Assembly: GCA_958295515.1 (NCBI GenBank)
Contig: CATQGW010000001.1
Span: 777,522-841,521, forward strand
Reading direction: 5' to 3'
Source: an uncultured Dehalococcoidia bacterium
Lineage (GTDB): Bacteria; Chloroflexota; Dehalococcoidia; Bin125
Length of the DNA: 64,000 nt
In this document: in pieces, positions 47,284 through 56,856 of the stretch
Layout: every line of letters begins with the position of its first letter
Numbering within the stretch: position 1 is the stretch's first letter
Notes under the pieces: model-generated
Databases searched by the model: none
What the model was told of the DNA's origin: nothing
What the model saw: only the letters and a program-made list of their open reading frames with translations
Made by a program: the position numbers and the translations under genes

Positions 47284-48119
47284 TCGCCGCCGCCGCCGAC
47301 TACAGCCGCTGGCTGCGCGTTCTTCGCCTCGGCTACGCCTATATGCGGCTCCAGCTCAAAGTGATCGTGCGCGAGCCGGCCGCGCTCTTCTTCGTCGCCA
47401 TCTTTCCGGTGTTGTTTCTCGTCATCTTCTCCTCGTTGCTGACCTTCTCGATTGAGCTGCCGCCGGCGGCGGCGGGCGCGGGCGAGATCCGGTTCAGCCA
47501 GTACTTCGTCGCGGGGATCATGGGCGTCGCGATCTTCGGCACCTCGTTCAACCTGCTGGGCAACTCGCTGGCGGTGCAGCAGTTCGACGGCACGCTGAAG
47601 CAGCTCGCCGCCACGCCGCTGCCCAAGACGTCGTTCTTTCTGGGGCAGATCGGCGCGTCGCTGGTGATCACGCTCGGTCAGCTGATCGTGATGCTGATCC
47701 TCGGCGTGCTCGCCTACGACGTGCAGCTGCCCGACGCGGGCGGCTGGTTGACGCTGATCTGGATCCTGCTGCTCGGGGTGCCGGCGGGCTGCGTGATGGG
47801 CATCGCGATCACCGCGATCATCCCCTCGGCGCGCGCCGCGCCGGCGGTCATTCAGGCGCCCTTCATCCTCTTTCAGTTCATCTCCGGCGTCTTCTTCACG
47901 CTCGCCTCGCTGCCGACCTGGCTGCAATGGGTGGCGGGGCTCTTTCCGCTTCGCTGGGTCGCGCAGGGCCTGCGTTCGGTCTTCCTGCCCGACGCCTACA
48001 AGTACGCCGAAGCGGATATGACCTGGCAACTCGACCTGGCGGCGATCGTGCTCGTCGTGTGGATCGTGCTCGGCCTGGCCGTCGCAGCGTTCACATTCAA
48101 GTGGGACCGCTCAGGCTGA
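47280..48119 (+). CDS. ABC-2 family transporter permease
   Basis: 6-TM permease; start overlaps ATPase stop. Confidence 0.75.
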   Translation: MIAAAADYSRWLRVLRLGYAYMRLQLKVIVREPAALFFVAIFPVLFLVIFSSLLTFSIELPPAAAGAGEIRFSQYFVAGIMGVAIFGTSFNLLGNSLAVQQFDGTLKQLAATPLPKTSFFLGQIGASLVITLGQLIVMLILGVLAYDVQLPDAGGWLTLIWILLLGVPAGCVMGIAITAIIPSARAAPAVIQAPFILFQFISGVFFTLASLPTWLQWVAGLFPLRWVAQGLRSVFLPDAYKYAEADMTWQLDLAAIVLVVWIVLGLAVAAFTFKWDRSG

Positions 48120-48175
48120 GCGCCGTTGGCGATGTTGCCCGCGGCAAGCGCGGGTATGACGAGCGGGACGCCCGA

Positions 48176-48643
48176 TCAGCCCCGCCGGCGCAGATTGCGG
48201 CTGCTGCGCTGCTCGCGGGCGCGGCGTAGGCGCTGCGCTTCCAGCATCGCTTCCTTCATCTGCTCCGAACGCGGGGCTTCCACATCCGACGCTTCTACGC
48301 GCTTCGGGCCGCGTTGCAGCTGCTCCTGGCCGGGCAGGTGCCGCTGTTGCTGGGACAGGTCCGCCCCGACGGTGCGACGCGCGCGCTCCGTCGCATCCAG
48401 TGTGTCTTTGGGCATGTGCTGCGACGCATCGATCGCCCCGCTGGCCATGTAGGCGCGGTTGCTGGCGCTTTTCTCAATCTCGTAGATCGTCTGCGCCTCC
48501 GCGCCCATCGCATGCACCTCGCGCAGCACCGCGTCCTCCCAGCGCTTGACCCGCGCCGCCGCGCCCTGGCCGAACAATCGCGCCAGCAGCTTGAGCGGAG
48601 GGAAGATGAGCAAGATCAGGATTTCAAAGATCACGACGGCCAT
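48176..48643 (-). CDS. hypothetical membrane-anchored protein (155 aa)
   Basis: N-terminal TM MAVVIFEILILLIFPPL then charged helical region. Confidence 0.35.
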   Translation of the reverse strand: MAVVIFEILILLIFPPLKLLARLFGQGAAARVKRWEDAVLREVHAMGAEAQTIYEIEKSASNRAYMASGAIDASQHMPKDTLDATERARRTVGADLSQQQRHLPGQEQLQRGPKRVEASDVEAPRSEQMKEAMLEAQRLRRAREQRSSRNLRRRG

Positions 48644-48684
48644 TGTGGTTCCTTTCGCGCGCGGTCGGTCGGGCTACAGACTAG

Positions 48685-51600
48685 CTAGCGGCGCGTGGCC
48701 GCGACCTGGCGGCGCACCAGCCGCGCGTAGAGGCCGTCCTGCGCGGCCAACTCCTCGTGCCGCCCGACCTCGGCGACGCGCCCATCCTCGAGCACCACGA
48801 TCTGGTCTGCGTCGCGCACCGTCGAGAGGCGGTGCGCGATCACCAGGGTGGTGCGGTCGGCCATCAGCTCGTCCAGCGCGCCGCGCACGAGGCGCTCGTT
48901 GTAGCCGTCGAGGTGCGAGGTCGCCTCATCGAGCACCAGCACCGGCGCGTCCTTGAGCAGGGCGCGGCCGATCGCGACGCGCTGGCGCTGCCCGCCGGAG
49001 AGTTGCGCGCCGCGCTCGCCGACCTGCGTGTCCAGGCCGTCGGGCAGCGACTCGACGAACTCCGCCAGACCGGCGCGGGCGATTGCCAGCCGCAGCTCGT
49101 CCTCGTTCGCCTCCGGCCTGGCGATCAGCAGGTTGTCGCGAATCGAGGTGTTGAAGAGGTAGGTGTCCTGCGCGACCAGCGCGACCTGCCCGCGCAACTC
49201 ATCGAGGCGGAAGGTGCGCAGGTCGGCGTCGTCGAGCGAGATGATGCCCTCCTGCGGGTCCCAGAAGCGCAGCAGCAGGTGGGCGGCGGTGGTCTTGCCC
49301 GCGCCGGACGGTCCGACCAGCGCGACGGTGCCGCCCGCTCGGAGGTCGAACGAGACGCCGTTCAAGGCCGTGCGCGGCGTGTCCTCGTAGCTGAACCGAA
49401 CGCCGGCCAGCGCGGCGGCGCTGGGCTGCGCCGACTCCACAGCCTGCGCGCCGGGGCCGTCGATCACCGAGGGCTGCTCGCTGTGTACGGAGGTCAGCCG
49501 CCGCGTCGCGCCGAGCGTGTCGCCCAGCCGCCGCCCGACCTGGGCCAGCTCGGCGACCGGCAGGAACGCGCCCATCGCCAGCAGGGTGAGCAGCGGGGCG
49601 AGGATGGGATTGATCTCGCCTTGCACCGCCAGCGCGCCGCCGATCGCCAGCACGGCGAGGCCGCCGAAGCCGGTCAGCCCTTCGAGCATGATGCGCTGGA
49701 CGGTGATCTGGCGGTTGAAGGCGCGGCGCACGGGCGCGTACTCGCGCATCCGCTCGGCGAACTCGACGCCCCGCGCCTGTTCGCGCTGGAACGCCGTCAC
49801 CTCGCGCAGCCCCTGCAAGGTGTCGACCATGTGCGCGTTGAGATTGCCCAGATGGTCGCGCGAGCGCGAGCCGAGCTGATCGACGATCTGGCGCGTGAAG
49901 AGCGGGCTGAGCGCGGCCAGCAAGAGCAGCGGCGCAAGTCCCAGCCCCAGCCGCCAGTCCACCGCGAAGAGGGTGATCAGCGCCGCCGCCGGGACCACGA
50001 CGGTGACGACCACGTTGGCGATCGTGTGCGCGAAGAAGTATTCGACCGTCTCCACATCCTGGGTGGCCATCGAGACCAGGTCGCCGCTGCGCCGGCGCAG
50101 CAGATAGGCGGGCGCGAGCTGGTCGAGCTTGCGGAACAGCGCGACGCGCAAATCCGCGAGCAGGCGGAAGGCCATGTCGTGCGAAATCCAGTTCTCGAGG
50201 AAGCGGCAGACGCCGGTCAGCACCGCGACCAGGATCAGCAGGGCGGTCAGCAGGGTGATGCTCTCGCCGTCGCGCACCGCGCCGACCATCAGCGCGCCGA
50301 TCACGCCCACCGCGATCGCGCCGAAGAAGTGCGCCACGCCGGTCACGAAGGAGAGCGAGGTCTTGCGCCAGTAGGGCGCGGCCATGGCCAGCAGGCGCAG
50401 CGTGGTTTCGCGCCAGCCCATCCCCTCCGCGCGGACGATCGCCTCGGTATCGCCCTGCTGCGCTCCGTTCAGCGCGGCGGGAGTTGCGGCGGCGGGCGCG
50501 GCCGTATCGAAGTCGGCCAGCGTTTCGCCGCCGCCGATTGTGGGATCGTCCGCGGTCTGCGCGGCCATCAGCTCGGCATACGCGCCGCCGGCCGCGAGCA
50601 GCGCGGCGTGATCTCCGCGCTCCACCAGCCGCCCTTCGTCGAGCACCAGAATCTCGTCGCAGCCCATCACGCTCGACAGCCGGTGCGCCATGATCAGCGT
50701 CGTGCGCCCCGCCATCAAGCGGTCCAGCGCCTCCTGAATGGTCGCCTCGTTCTCCGCGTCGACGCTCGACAGCGCCTCGTCGAGAATCAGAATCGGGGCG
50801 TCGCGCAGCAGCGCGCGGGCGATGGCGATGCGCTGCCGCTCGCCGCCCGAGAGCCGATGCCCGCGCTCGCCGATCACCGTCTGGTAGCCGTCCGGCAGGT
50901 TGGAGATGAATTCGTGCGCGTTGGCCGCCTGCGCGGCGGCGATGATCTGCGCGTCCGTCGCCTCCGGCTGCCCGAAACGCAGATTGTGCAGCACCGTTCC
51001 GTGGAACAGATAGGTGTCCTGCATCACCACCGCCATCCGGCCGCGGATCTGCGCGAAGCTGAGCGTGTTCAGGTCGCGTCCGCCCAGCCGAATTGCGCCC
51101 TGCTGCGGCACGTACATCCGCTGGAGCAGCCAGAGCAGGGTGGATTTGCCGGAGCCGGAGCGCCCCACCACGCCGACCCGCCGGCCGGGCGAGGCGGAGA
51201 AACTGACCCCGCTCAGCGCGTCGCGGCGGCCGGTCGGGTAGGCGAAGGTGACCGAGTCGAACTCGATCTCGGCGCTCAGCTCGCCGTCCAGCTCGCCGGC
51301 GGCGGCATCGGGCACCAGCGGCTCGGCGTCGGCCACTTCGAGCACGCTCTGGGCGGCGGCGACGCCCAGCAGTCCCTGGTGGAAGAGTTGGCTCAGCTCG
51401 CGCAGCGGGCGGAAGACTTCGACGCCGAGCATCAGCACGACGAGCAGCTCGGCAATCTCCATCGCCCCGCTCTCGACGCGCAGCGCGCCGACACTGAGCG
51501 CGACCGCCGCGCCCACCGTGATCGCCAAGATCGTCAACCCCTGCGCCATCGCGTTGTGCAGCAGCACGCCCATCGTGGTGCGGAAGACTTCCTGCGCGCG

Positions 51601-52269
51601 CGCCGCCAGCGCGTCGCCGCGGCGGCGGCTCTGGCCGAACGCCTTGAGCGTCGCCAGCCCCTGGATCGAGTCGAGGAAATCCGCCGCGAAGGAGCCGTAG
51701 GCCTCGCGGCGGCGCAGGCTGGCGACCGCGTTCTGCTTCTGCAGCAGCGAGGGCAGCGCCAGCGTGAACAGCGCGAAGCCGAGGAAGATGCCCGCGACCG
51801 GCAGGTCCAGGAAGGCCATGAAGATGAAGATGCCGATCGGGGCGATCGCGGCGACGACCAGCTGAGGGAGGTATTGGCCGAAGAATGTTTCGAGCTGCTC
51901 GACGCCCTCGACCACGCCGACGGTGACATCGCCGGTGCGGCGGCGGTCGAAGTAGGCGGGTCCGAGCGCCATGACGCGCTCGAAGAGGCGGCGGCGCAGG
52001 CTGAATTGCACCTGCACGGCGGTGCCGTTGGCCAGCTCCTCCTTGGCGTAGAGCAACGCGGAGCGGGCCAGAGTGGTCAGCGCGACGGCGATGATCAGCG
52101 GGGTGAGCGAGCTGAACGCGTCGCCCTCGAAGATGCGCGCGCCCATCCAGCCCAGCAGCGCCAGCCGCGACACGCCGGCCGCGACGGCGAGCAGACCGAG
52201 CACCACGGCCGCCGCGATCCGCGCCCGCACCCCGTCGGTGAACTGCCACAGTTCCCAGGAAAAGGTCAT
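48685..52269 (-). CDS. fused ABC transporter permease/ATP-binding protein (TMD-NBD-TMD-NBD; CydDC-like thiol exporter architecture)
   Basis: Two Walker A (GRSGSGKST, GPSGAGKTT) and two signature/Walker B sets (LSGGERQRIAIARALL..ILILDEA; LSGGQRQRVAIGRALL..VLVLDEA); start at MTFSWELWQF overlapping upstream gene stop as ATGA. Confidence 0.8.
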   Translation of the reverse strand: MTFSWELWQFTDGVRARIAAAVVLGLLAVAAGVSRLALLGWMGARIFEGDAFSSLTPLIIAVALTTLARSALLYAKEELANGTAVQVQFSLRRRLFERVMALGPAYFDRRRTGDVTVGVVEGVEQLETFFGQYLPQLVVAAIAPIGIFIFMAFLDLPVAGIFLGFALFTLALPSLLQKQNAVASLRRREAYGSFAADFLDSIQGLATLKAFGQSRRRGDALAARAQEVFRTTMGVLLHNAMAQGLTILAITVGAAVALSVGALRVESGAMEIAELLVVLMLGVEVFRPLRELSQLFHQGLLGVAAAQSVLEVADAEPLVPDAAAGELDGELSAEIEFDSVTFAYPTGRRDALSGVSFSASPGRRVGVVGRSGSGKSTLLWLLQRMYVPQQGAIRLGGRDLNTLSFAQIRGRMAVVMQDTYLFHGTVLHNLRFGQPEATDAQIIAAAQAANAHEFISNLPDGYQTVIGERGHRLSGGERQRIAIARALLRDAPILILDEALSSVDAENEATIQEALDRLMAGRTTLIMAHRLSSVMGCDEILVLDEGRLVERGDHAALLAAGGAYAELMAAQTADDPTIGGGETLADFDTAAPAAATPAALNGAQQGDTEAIVRAEGMGWRETTLRLLAMAAPYWRKTSLSFVTGVAHFFGAIAVGVIGALMVGAVRDGESITLLTALLILVAVLTGVCRFLENWISHDMAFRLLADLRVALFRKLDQLAPAYLLRRRSGDLVSMATQDVETVEYFFAHTIANVVVTVVVPAAALITLFAVDWRLGLGLAPLLLLAALSPLFTRQIVDQLGSRSRDHLGNLNAHMVDTLQGLREVTAFQREQARGVEFAERMREYAPVRRAFNRQITVQRIMLEGLTGFGGLAVLAIGGALAVQGEINPILAPLLTLLAMGAFLPVAELAQVGRRLGDTLGATRRLTSVHSEQPSVIDGPGAQAVESAQPSAAALAGVRFSYEDTPRTALNGVSFDLRAGGTVALVGPSGAGKTTAAHLLLRFWDPQEGIISLDDADLRTFRLDELRGQVALVAQDTYLFNTSIRDNLLIARPEANEDELRLAIARAGLAEFVESLPDGLDTQVGERGAQLSGGQRQRVAIGRALLKDAPVLVLDEATSHLDGYNERLVRGALDELMADRTTLVIAHRLSTVRDADQIVVLEDGRVAEVGRHEELAAQDGLYARLVRRQVAATRR

Positions 52270-53114
52270 GCTGCGCCCATCGAACGGAAGCGTAGGGCGA
52301 TCGCCATTGGGAGTTCGGGCAGCACGTTCCACATCAGCTTGGACTGCTCGTAGGGCTGCTGCGTCGCCGCCAGCTCCTCGATCCCGTCCAGCGCCAGCCC
52401 GCAGCTGAAGGCGTCCTGCAGCAGCTCGCCGAGCGGGCGGTGAAAGTAGATCTGCTTCTCTTTCTGCTGCACGTTGGTGACGCCGTGGGTGACGAAGCGC
52501 GAGAGGTAGCGCGAGATCGTCAGGCCGTGCGGCTGCTCGTCGTCCTTGCCTTTGGCGAAGCTGTTGGCGGCGGTGGCGTAGGCCGGGTGCAGGGTGACGA
52601 CGACGAACGCGCCGCGCGGCTTGAGCGCCCGCCGCACACCGCCGAACATCGGGCGCAGCAGCGGCATCGACATCACGCCCATCACGCAGACGGCGGCGTC
52701 GAAGGGCTCATCCGAAAGCTCCACAATCGCCCGCTCGTCCGTCGCGTCCAGCACGCGATAGGTCACATCCATTGCCTGATAGGCAATCGTCTCCGTGCGC
52801 TGCTGCGCGCGCTCGATCAGGCGCGGCGAGAGGTCCGTCGCCAGCACCTGCATGCCATCGCGCGCCAGCCGCCGCGCAAACGCACCGTTGCCGCAGGCCA
52901 GTTCCAGCACCCGCGCGCCGCGCGACAGCCCCAGCAACCGCTCCGCCGCCGGCCCGAACAGCTCCACGTGGAACTCATCCCCCTGATCGCCCCAGCGCTC
53001 GTCGAAGAAGTCCGCGCCCGCCTCCCAGCCGCGCAGGATTTCCTGCTTGAGCTGGGCAAGCTGCGCCTCGGGCTGCGCTTCGGGGTCCGGCGGAGTCTGT
53101 TGGGTTTCAGTCAC
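52266..53114 (-). CDS. class I SAM-dependent methyltransferase
   Basis: VLELACGNGAFARRLARDGMQV motif I; alternative ATG start at 53171. Confidence 0.7.
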   Translation of the reverse strand: MTETQQTPPDPEAQPEAQLAQLKQEILRGWEAGADFFDERWGDQGDEFHVELFGPAAERLLGLSRGARVLELACGNGAFARRLARDGMQVLATDLSPRLIERAQQRTETIAYQAMDVTYRVLDATDERAIVELSDEPFDAAVCVMGVMSMPLLRPMFGGVRRALKPRGAFVVVTLHPAYATAANSFAKGKDDEQPHGLTISRYLSRFVTHGVTNVQQKEKQIYFHRPLGELLQDAFSCGLALDGIEELAATQQPYEQSKLMWNVLPELPMAIALRFRSMGAA

Positions 53115-53189
53115 CCGCGAATGGTAGTGGTCGCGCTGCGCAGGGTGTGCGCTACAATCCGAACACGACATGGCGACAGGAGGCCACGG

Positions 53190-55196
53190 ATGAGCAACGA
53201 GCGAAACTATTGGCAGCGAATGCGGCGGTCGCGGATGAGCCGTCGGGCGCTGCTGCGCGCCTCGGGGCGCGCCGGCGTCGGCGCGGCCGGGCTGGCGCTG
53301 GTGGGCTGCGGCGACGATGACGACGACGACGCGCAGCCGTCCACGACGCGGACGGCGAGCCAGCAGCAACAGCAGCAGGACCAGCCGGCGCAGCAGACGG
53401 CGATGCAGCAACAGCAGCAGCAGACGGACGCTGATCAGCAGGCGCAGCAGGCCGACCAGCAGCAGCAGACGGTCGCTGAGCAGCAGCAGGAGCAGCAGCA
53501 GACCGTCGCGCAGCAGACGGGCCCGGCCCGCACCCACGGCGGCACGCTGCGCTTCTCGACGCCGGCGGCGACGCACGACTTCTTCGACCCGCACCGCGGC
53601 GTCTTCGGCCCCACCCAGTACTGGATGGGGTTCTACATGAACTACATGATCCGCTGGGCCAACAAAGAGGCCGGGATCATGGAGGCGGACATCACCTCGC
53701 TGCCCGAGACGCCCGACGGCCAGACGTACATCTTCAACGTCGATCAGGGCGCGCGGTTCTGGGACCAGTACCCGACCGAAGGCGGCCGCGACGTCACCGC
53801 CTCCGACATCGTGATCAACTTCGACCGCCAGATCGCCGCGCTGGACGCGGACGGCAACCCCGACGCGCGTTTCCGCGGGCAGGACGCCTTCCGCAAGACG
53901 AGTTCTTACGAGGCGACGGACGAGCAGACCTTCATCGCCAAGACCGGCGGCCCCGACGCGACGTACCTGGGCGGCACGATCCTGCGCCCCTTCTCCTGGC
54001 TGACCTCGCCCGAGGCGATTCAGGAGTTCGGCTCGCGCTGGCGCGACGAAACCGCGAACGTTGAACTCTCTTCGGGCACCGGGCCGTTCATCCCGCAGAC
54101 CTACGACCCGGACATCGGCATCTTCCTCGAGCGCAACAACGGCTACTGGAAGAACGGCCCCGACGGCGGGCAGCTGCCGTATCCGGACGCGGTGGAGTTC
54201 ATCAACCTGACCGACGCGACGGCGGTCGACGCGGCCTACCGCGCGAAGGGCATCGACATCGGCGGCTTCCCGCTCTCGTCGGTGCAGGTGGAAGAGCTGA
54301 CCGGCGACTTCCCCGACCACGAGACGGCGGAGGGCGCGTTCGGCTTCACGATCGTGACCGTGATGGGCACCTACGAGCCGGGCTGGGAAGGCTCGGATGG
54401 TCTGGGCAACCCGTACCTCGACCGCCGCTTCGCCTACGCGATGCAGGTGGCGGTGGACCGCGACCTGCTGATCGACGCCGTGTACCTGGGCGCGGCGAAG
54501 CCGTCGGCGACGCACTTCTGCCCCTGGTTCAGCACCTACTGGACGGTTCCGCCCGAGGAGCTGCGGACGGTGCCGGGCTTCCGGATCGACCGCGATGCGG
54601 ATATTGCGCTCTGCCGCGAGCTGATCGCCGCCTCCGGCTTCGACACCGACCGCACGGTCACGATCTACATCCCCGACCTCTGGGAGAACACCTACCCGGG
54701 CATCTCGGAGACGACGCGGAACATGTACCGCGAGGCGACGGGGATCAACGTTGAGCTGGACATCCAGCCGTACACGGTGATGCAGGACCGCTACGACAAC
54801 AAGACCTTCCCGGGCCGCGCGCCGACGTGGACGAACCCGCCGGCGGACCTGGATCCCACGGCGCAGTTCACGCTGTCGCTGAAGGTGGGCGGCGCGTCGA
54901 ACCTGACGCAGTACAACTACCCGGCGGTCGAGGAGATCGTGGACGAGATGACGGTGACGCTGGACGCTGAGCAGCGGCGCGACATGGCGCTGCAGGTGCA
55001 GCGGATCGGCCTCGGCGTGGACCCGGATCATGGGCTGGAAGGCATCTTCGGCTGGTTCGGCGTGATGAACGGCGTGGCGCCGCAGATTTGGTGGCCGTAC
55101 GTGAACCGCGACGACAACACGTGGCAGTTCGCGCACGACTCGCACAACCACGACGACACCTGGCTGGACACGACGCACCCGGAATTCCCGGCCTAG
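53190..55196 (+). CDS. ABC transporter substrate-binding lipoprotein, family 5 (peptide/oligosaccharide type), paralog 1
   Basis: Tat-like SRRALLRASGRAGVGAAGLALVGCG lipobox; DDDDDD and Q-rich linker; SBP_bac_5 body. Confidence 0.8.
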   Translation: MSNERNYWQRMRRSRMSRRALLRASGRAGVGAAGLALVGCGDDDDDDAQPSTTRTASQQQQQQDQPAQQTAMQQQQQQTDADQQAQQADQQQQTVAEQQQEQQQTVAQQTGPARTHGGTLRFSTPAATHDFFDPHRGVFGPTQYWMGFYMNYMIRWANKEAGIMEADITSLPETPDGQTYIFNVDQGARFWDQYPTEGGRDVTASDIVINFDRQIAALDADGNPDARFRGQDAFRKTSSYEATDEQTFIAKTGGPDATYLGGTILRPFSWLTSPEAIQEFGSRWRDETANVELSSGTGPFIPQTYDPDIGIFLERNNGYWKNGPDGGQLPYPDAVEFINLTDATAVDAAYRAKGIDIGGFPLSSVQVEELTGDFPDHETAEGAFGFTIVTVMGTYEPGWEGSDGLGNPYLDRRFAYAMQVAVDRDLLIDAVYLGAAKPSATHFCPWFSTYWTVPPEELRTVPGFRIDRDADIALCRELIAASGFDTDRTVTIYIPDLWENTYPGISETTRNMYREATGINVELDIQPYTVMQDRYDNKTFPGRAPTWTNPPADLDPTAQFTLSLKVGGASNLTQYNYPAVEEIVDEMTVTLDAEQRRDMALQVQRIGLGVDPDHGLEGIFGWFGVMNGVAPQIWWPYVNRDDNTWQFAHDSHNHDDTWLDTTHPEFPA

Positions 55197-55323
55197 AGAG
55201 AACCGCTCAGCCGCGGCGCGGCGCCCCTGCGCGGGCGCCGCGCCGCGCCGAGCGCGCTTCACGGCGGGTCGCCGCTGATCGGTTCTGGCAGGTTGCGCCG
55301 CCTCTGCGCGGCCGGAGCGCGAG

Positions 55324-56805
55324 ATGCAGAAGTATCTAATCAACCGCTTCCTGCTGGTGATCCCCACCCTGTGGTTGGTGATCTCGATCCTCTTCGTCGC
55401 GCTCAACCTGCTGCCCGGCGACTACGTCACGATCAAGCTCTCCAATCTGGAGGCTTCGGGTGCGACTACCCAGCCGGCCGAGATCGTCGGCGAGCTTGAA
55501 GTCGAGCGCACGCTGCACCGCGTGGTCGGCGGCAACACGCTCGAATCGGTCGCGCTCCAATACGGGATCACGGTGGAGGAGCTGCTGGCCAACAACCCCT
55601 CGCTCGATTCCAGCGCGGAGCTGCGGCCCGGTTCAACGCTGATCGTGATCGACGGGCAGCTGCTCTCGGCGATCTCGCGCCGCGAGCGGATGGCCTTGCC
55701 GGAGAACACCGCGGACGGCGTCGCGCTGCTGATCGAGCGCAACCCGCAGATTGAATTCGGCAGCGTCGCCGGCGAGCCCTACGCGCCGTCCGGCGAGACG
55801 CTCACGCTGCGCACCAGCACGACGATCAACGAGCTCGCCGCGGTCAACCGCGTCACCCCCGAGGACTACCTCAACGTCAACATCCGCGGCACGCCCTCCA
55901 ACGAAGACGGATTGCTCGCGGCCGACACGCTGCTGCTGCCCGGCGTCACGATCATCGCGCCCACGCGCGAGATCACCGAAGCCAGCATCAAGAACCAGCT
56001 CGGCATCGACAAGCCGTTGGGCATTCAGTACGTCGAGTTCCTCTGGGACACGATCCGCTTGCAGTTCCGCCCCTCTTTCCAGACCAACGAAGCCTCGATG
56101 GACATCTTCCTGCGCGCGCTGCCGCGCACGCTGCACCTCAACGGCTACGCGCTGATCGTGGCCGTGCTCGTCGCCCTGCCGGTCGGCATCCTCTCGGCGA
56201 TGCGCCAGGACCAGGCGGTTGACTACTTGCTGCGCGGCTTCGCGATCCTCGCGCTCGCGGCCCCGCCCTTCTGGATCGCGACGATGCTGATCTTCGTAGT
56301 GTCGCCGGGCGGGATTTTCGACGGTGGGGTCTGGTCGATCCCACTTACGGAGCAGGACGCGCGCAGCATCTTCAGCTCGGTCAGCGGTTTCTTCGCGCTC
56401 TACACGATCCCTGCGGTCGCGGGCGGGATCGCGGCTGGAGCGAGCCTGATGCGGATCACCCGCTCGGAGCTGCTCGAAGTGCTGCGCCAGGACTACGTGC
56501 GCACGGCCTGGTCCAAAGGGTTGCGTGAACGCGCCGTGATTCGACGCCACGCGCTGCGCAACGCGATGGTGCCGGTGCTGAGCGTCTTCGGCCTGCTGAT
56601 CGCGGCGCTGGTCGGCGGCAACATCATCCTCGAAGTGCTCTTCGCCATCCCCGGCATCGGCCTGCTGCTGCTGCAACGCATCTATCAGGCCGATGTCCCC
56701 GTGATCCAGACGATGTTCTTCTTCATCGCGCTGTTCGTGATCGTGCTGAACATCATCATCGATGTCAGTTACGCGCTGATCGACCCGCGAATCCGCTACA
56801 ACTAG
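55324..56805 (+). CDS. ABC transporter permease (DppB/OppB type) with LysM-like insertions in first periplasmic loop
   Basis: HRVVGGNTLESVALQYGITVEELLANNPSLDSSAELRPGSTLIV LysM-like motif; C-terminal half is a typical BPD_transp_1 permease. Confidence 0.75.
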   Translation: MQKYLINRFLLVIPTLWLVISILFVALNLLPGDYVTIKLSNLEASGATTQPAEIVGELEVERTLHRVVGGNTLESVALQYGITVEELLANNPSLDSSAELRPGSTLIVIDGQLLSAISRRERMALPENTADGVALLIERNPQIEFGSVAGEPYAPSGETLTLRTSTTINELAAVNRVTPEDYLNVNIRGTPSNEDGLLAADTLLLPGVTIIAPTREITEASIKNQLGIDKPLGIQYVEFLWDTIRLQFRPSFQTNEASMDIFLRALPRTLHLNGYALIVAVLVALPVGILSAMRQDQAVDYLLRGFAILALAAPPFWIATMLIFVVSPGGIFDGGVWSIPLTEQDARSIFSSVSGFFALYTIPAVAGGIAAGASLMRITRSELLEVLRQDYVRTAWSKGLRERAVIRRHALRNAMVPVLSVFGLLIAALVGGNIILEVLFAIPGIGLLLLQRIYQADVPVIQTMFFFIALFVIVLNIIIDVSYALIDPRIRYN

Positions 56806-56856
56806 GCGCGCTTGTGAGGGCAGCGTCCATGGATCGGGCAGAAGTGAACGCCATGA

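Noticed and set aside
48757-52353. 1198-aa + strand ORF
   Set aside because: It is antisense to the fused ABC exporter, which carries double Walker A and signature motifs.
52440-53189. 5' extension of SBP1 ORF and 52266..55406 minus ORF
   Set aside because: Both are extensions through the divergent promoter region or antisense to the SBP. The true starts are defined by the conserved MSxERNYWQ leader and SD.
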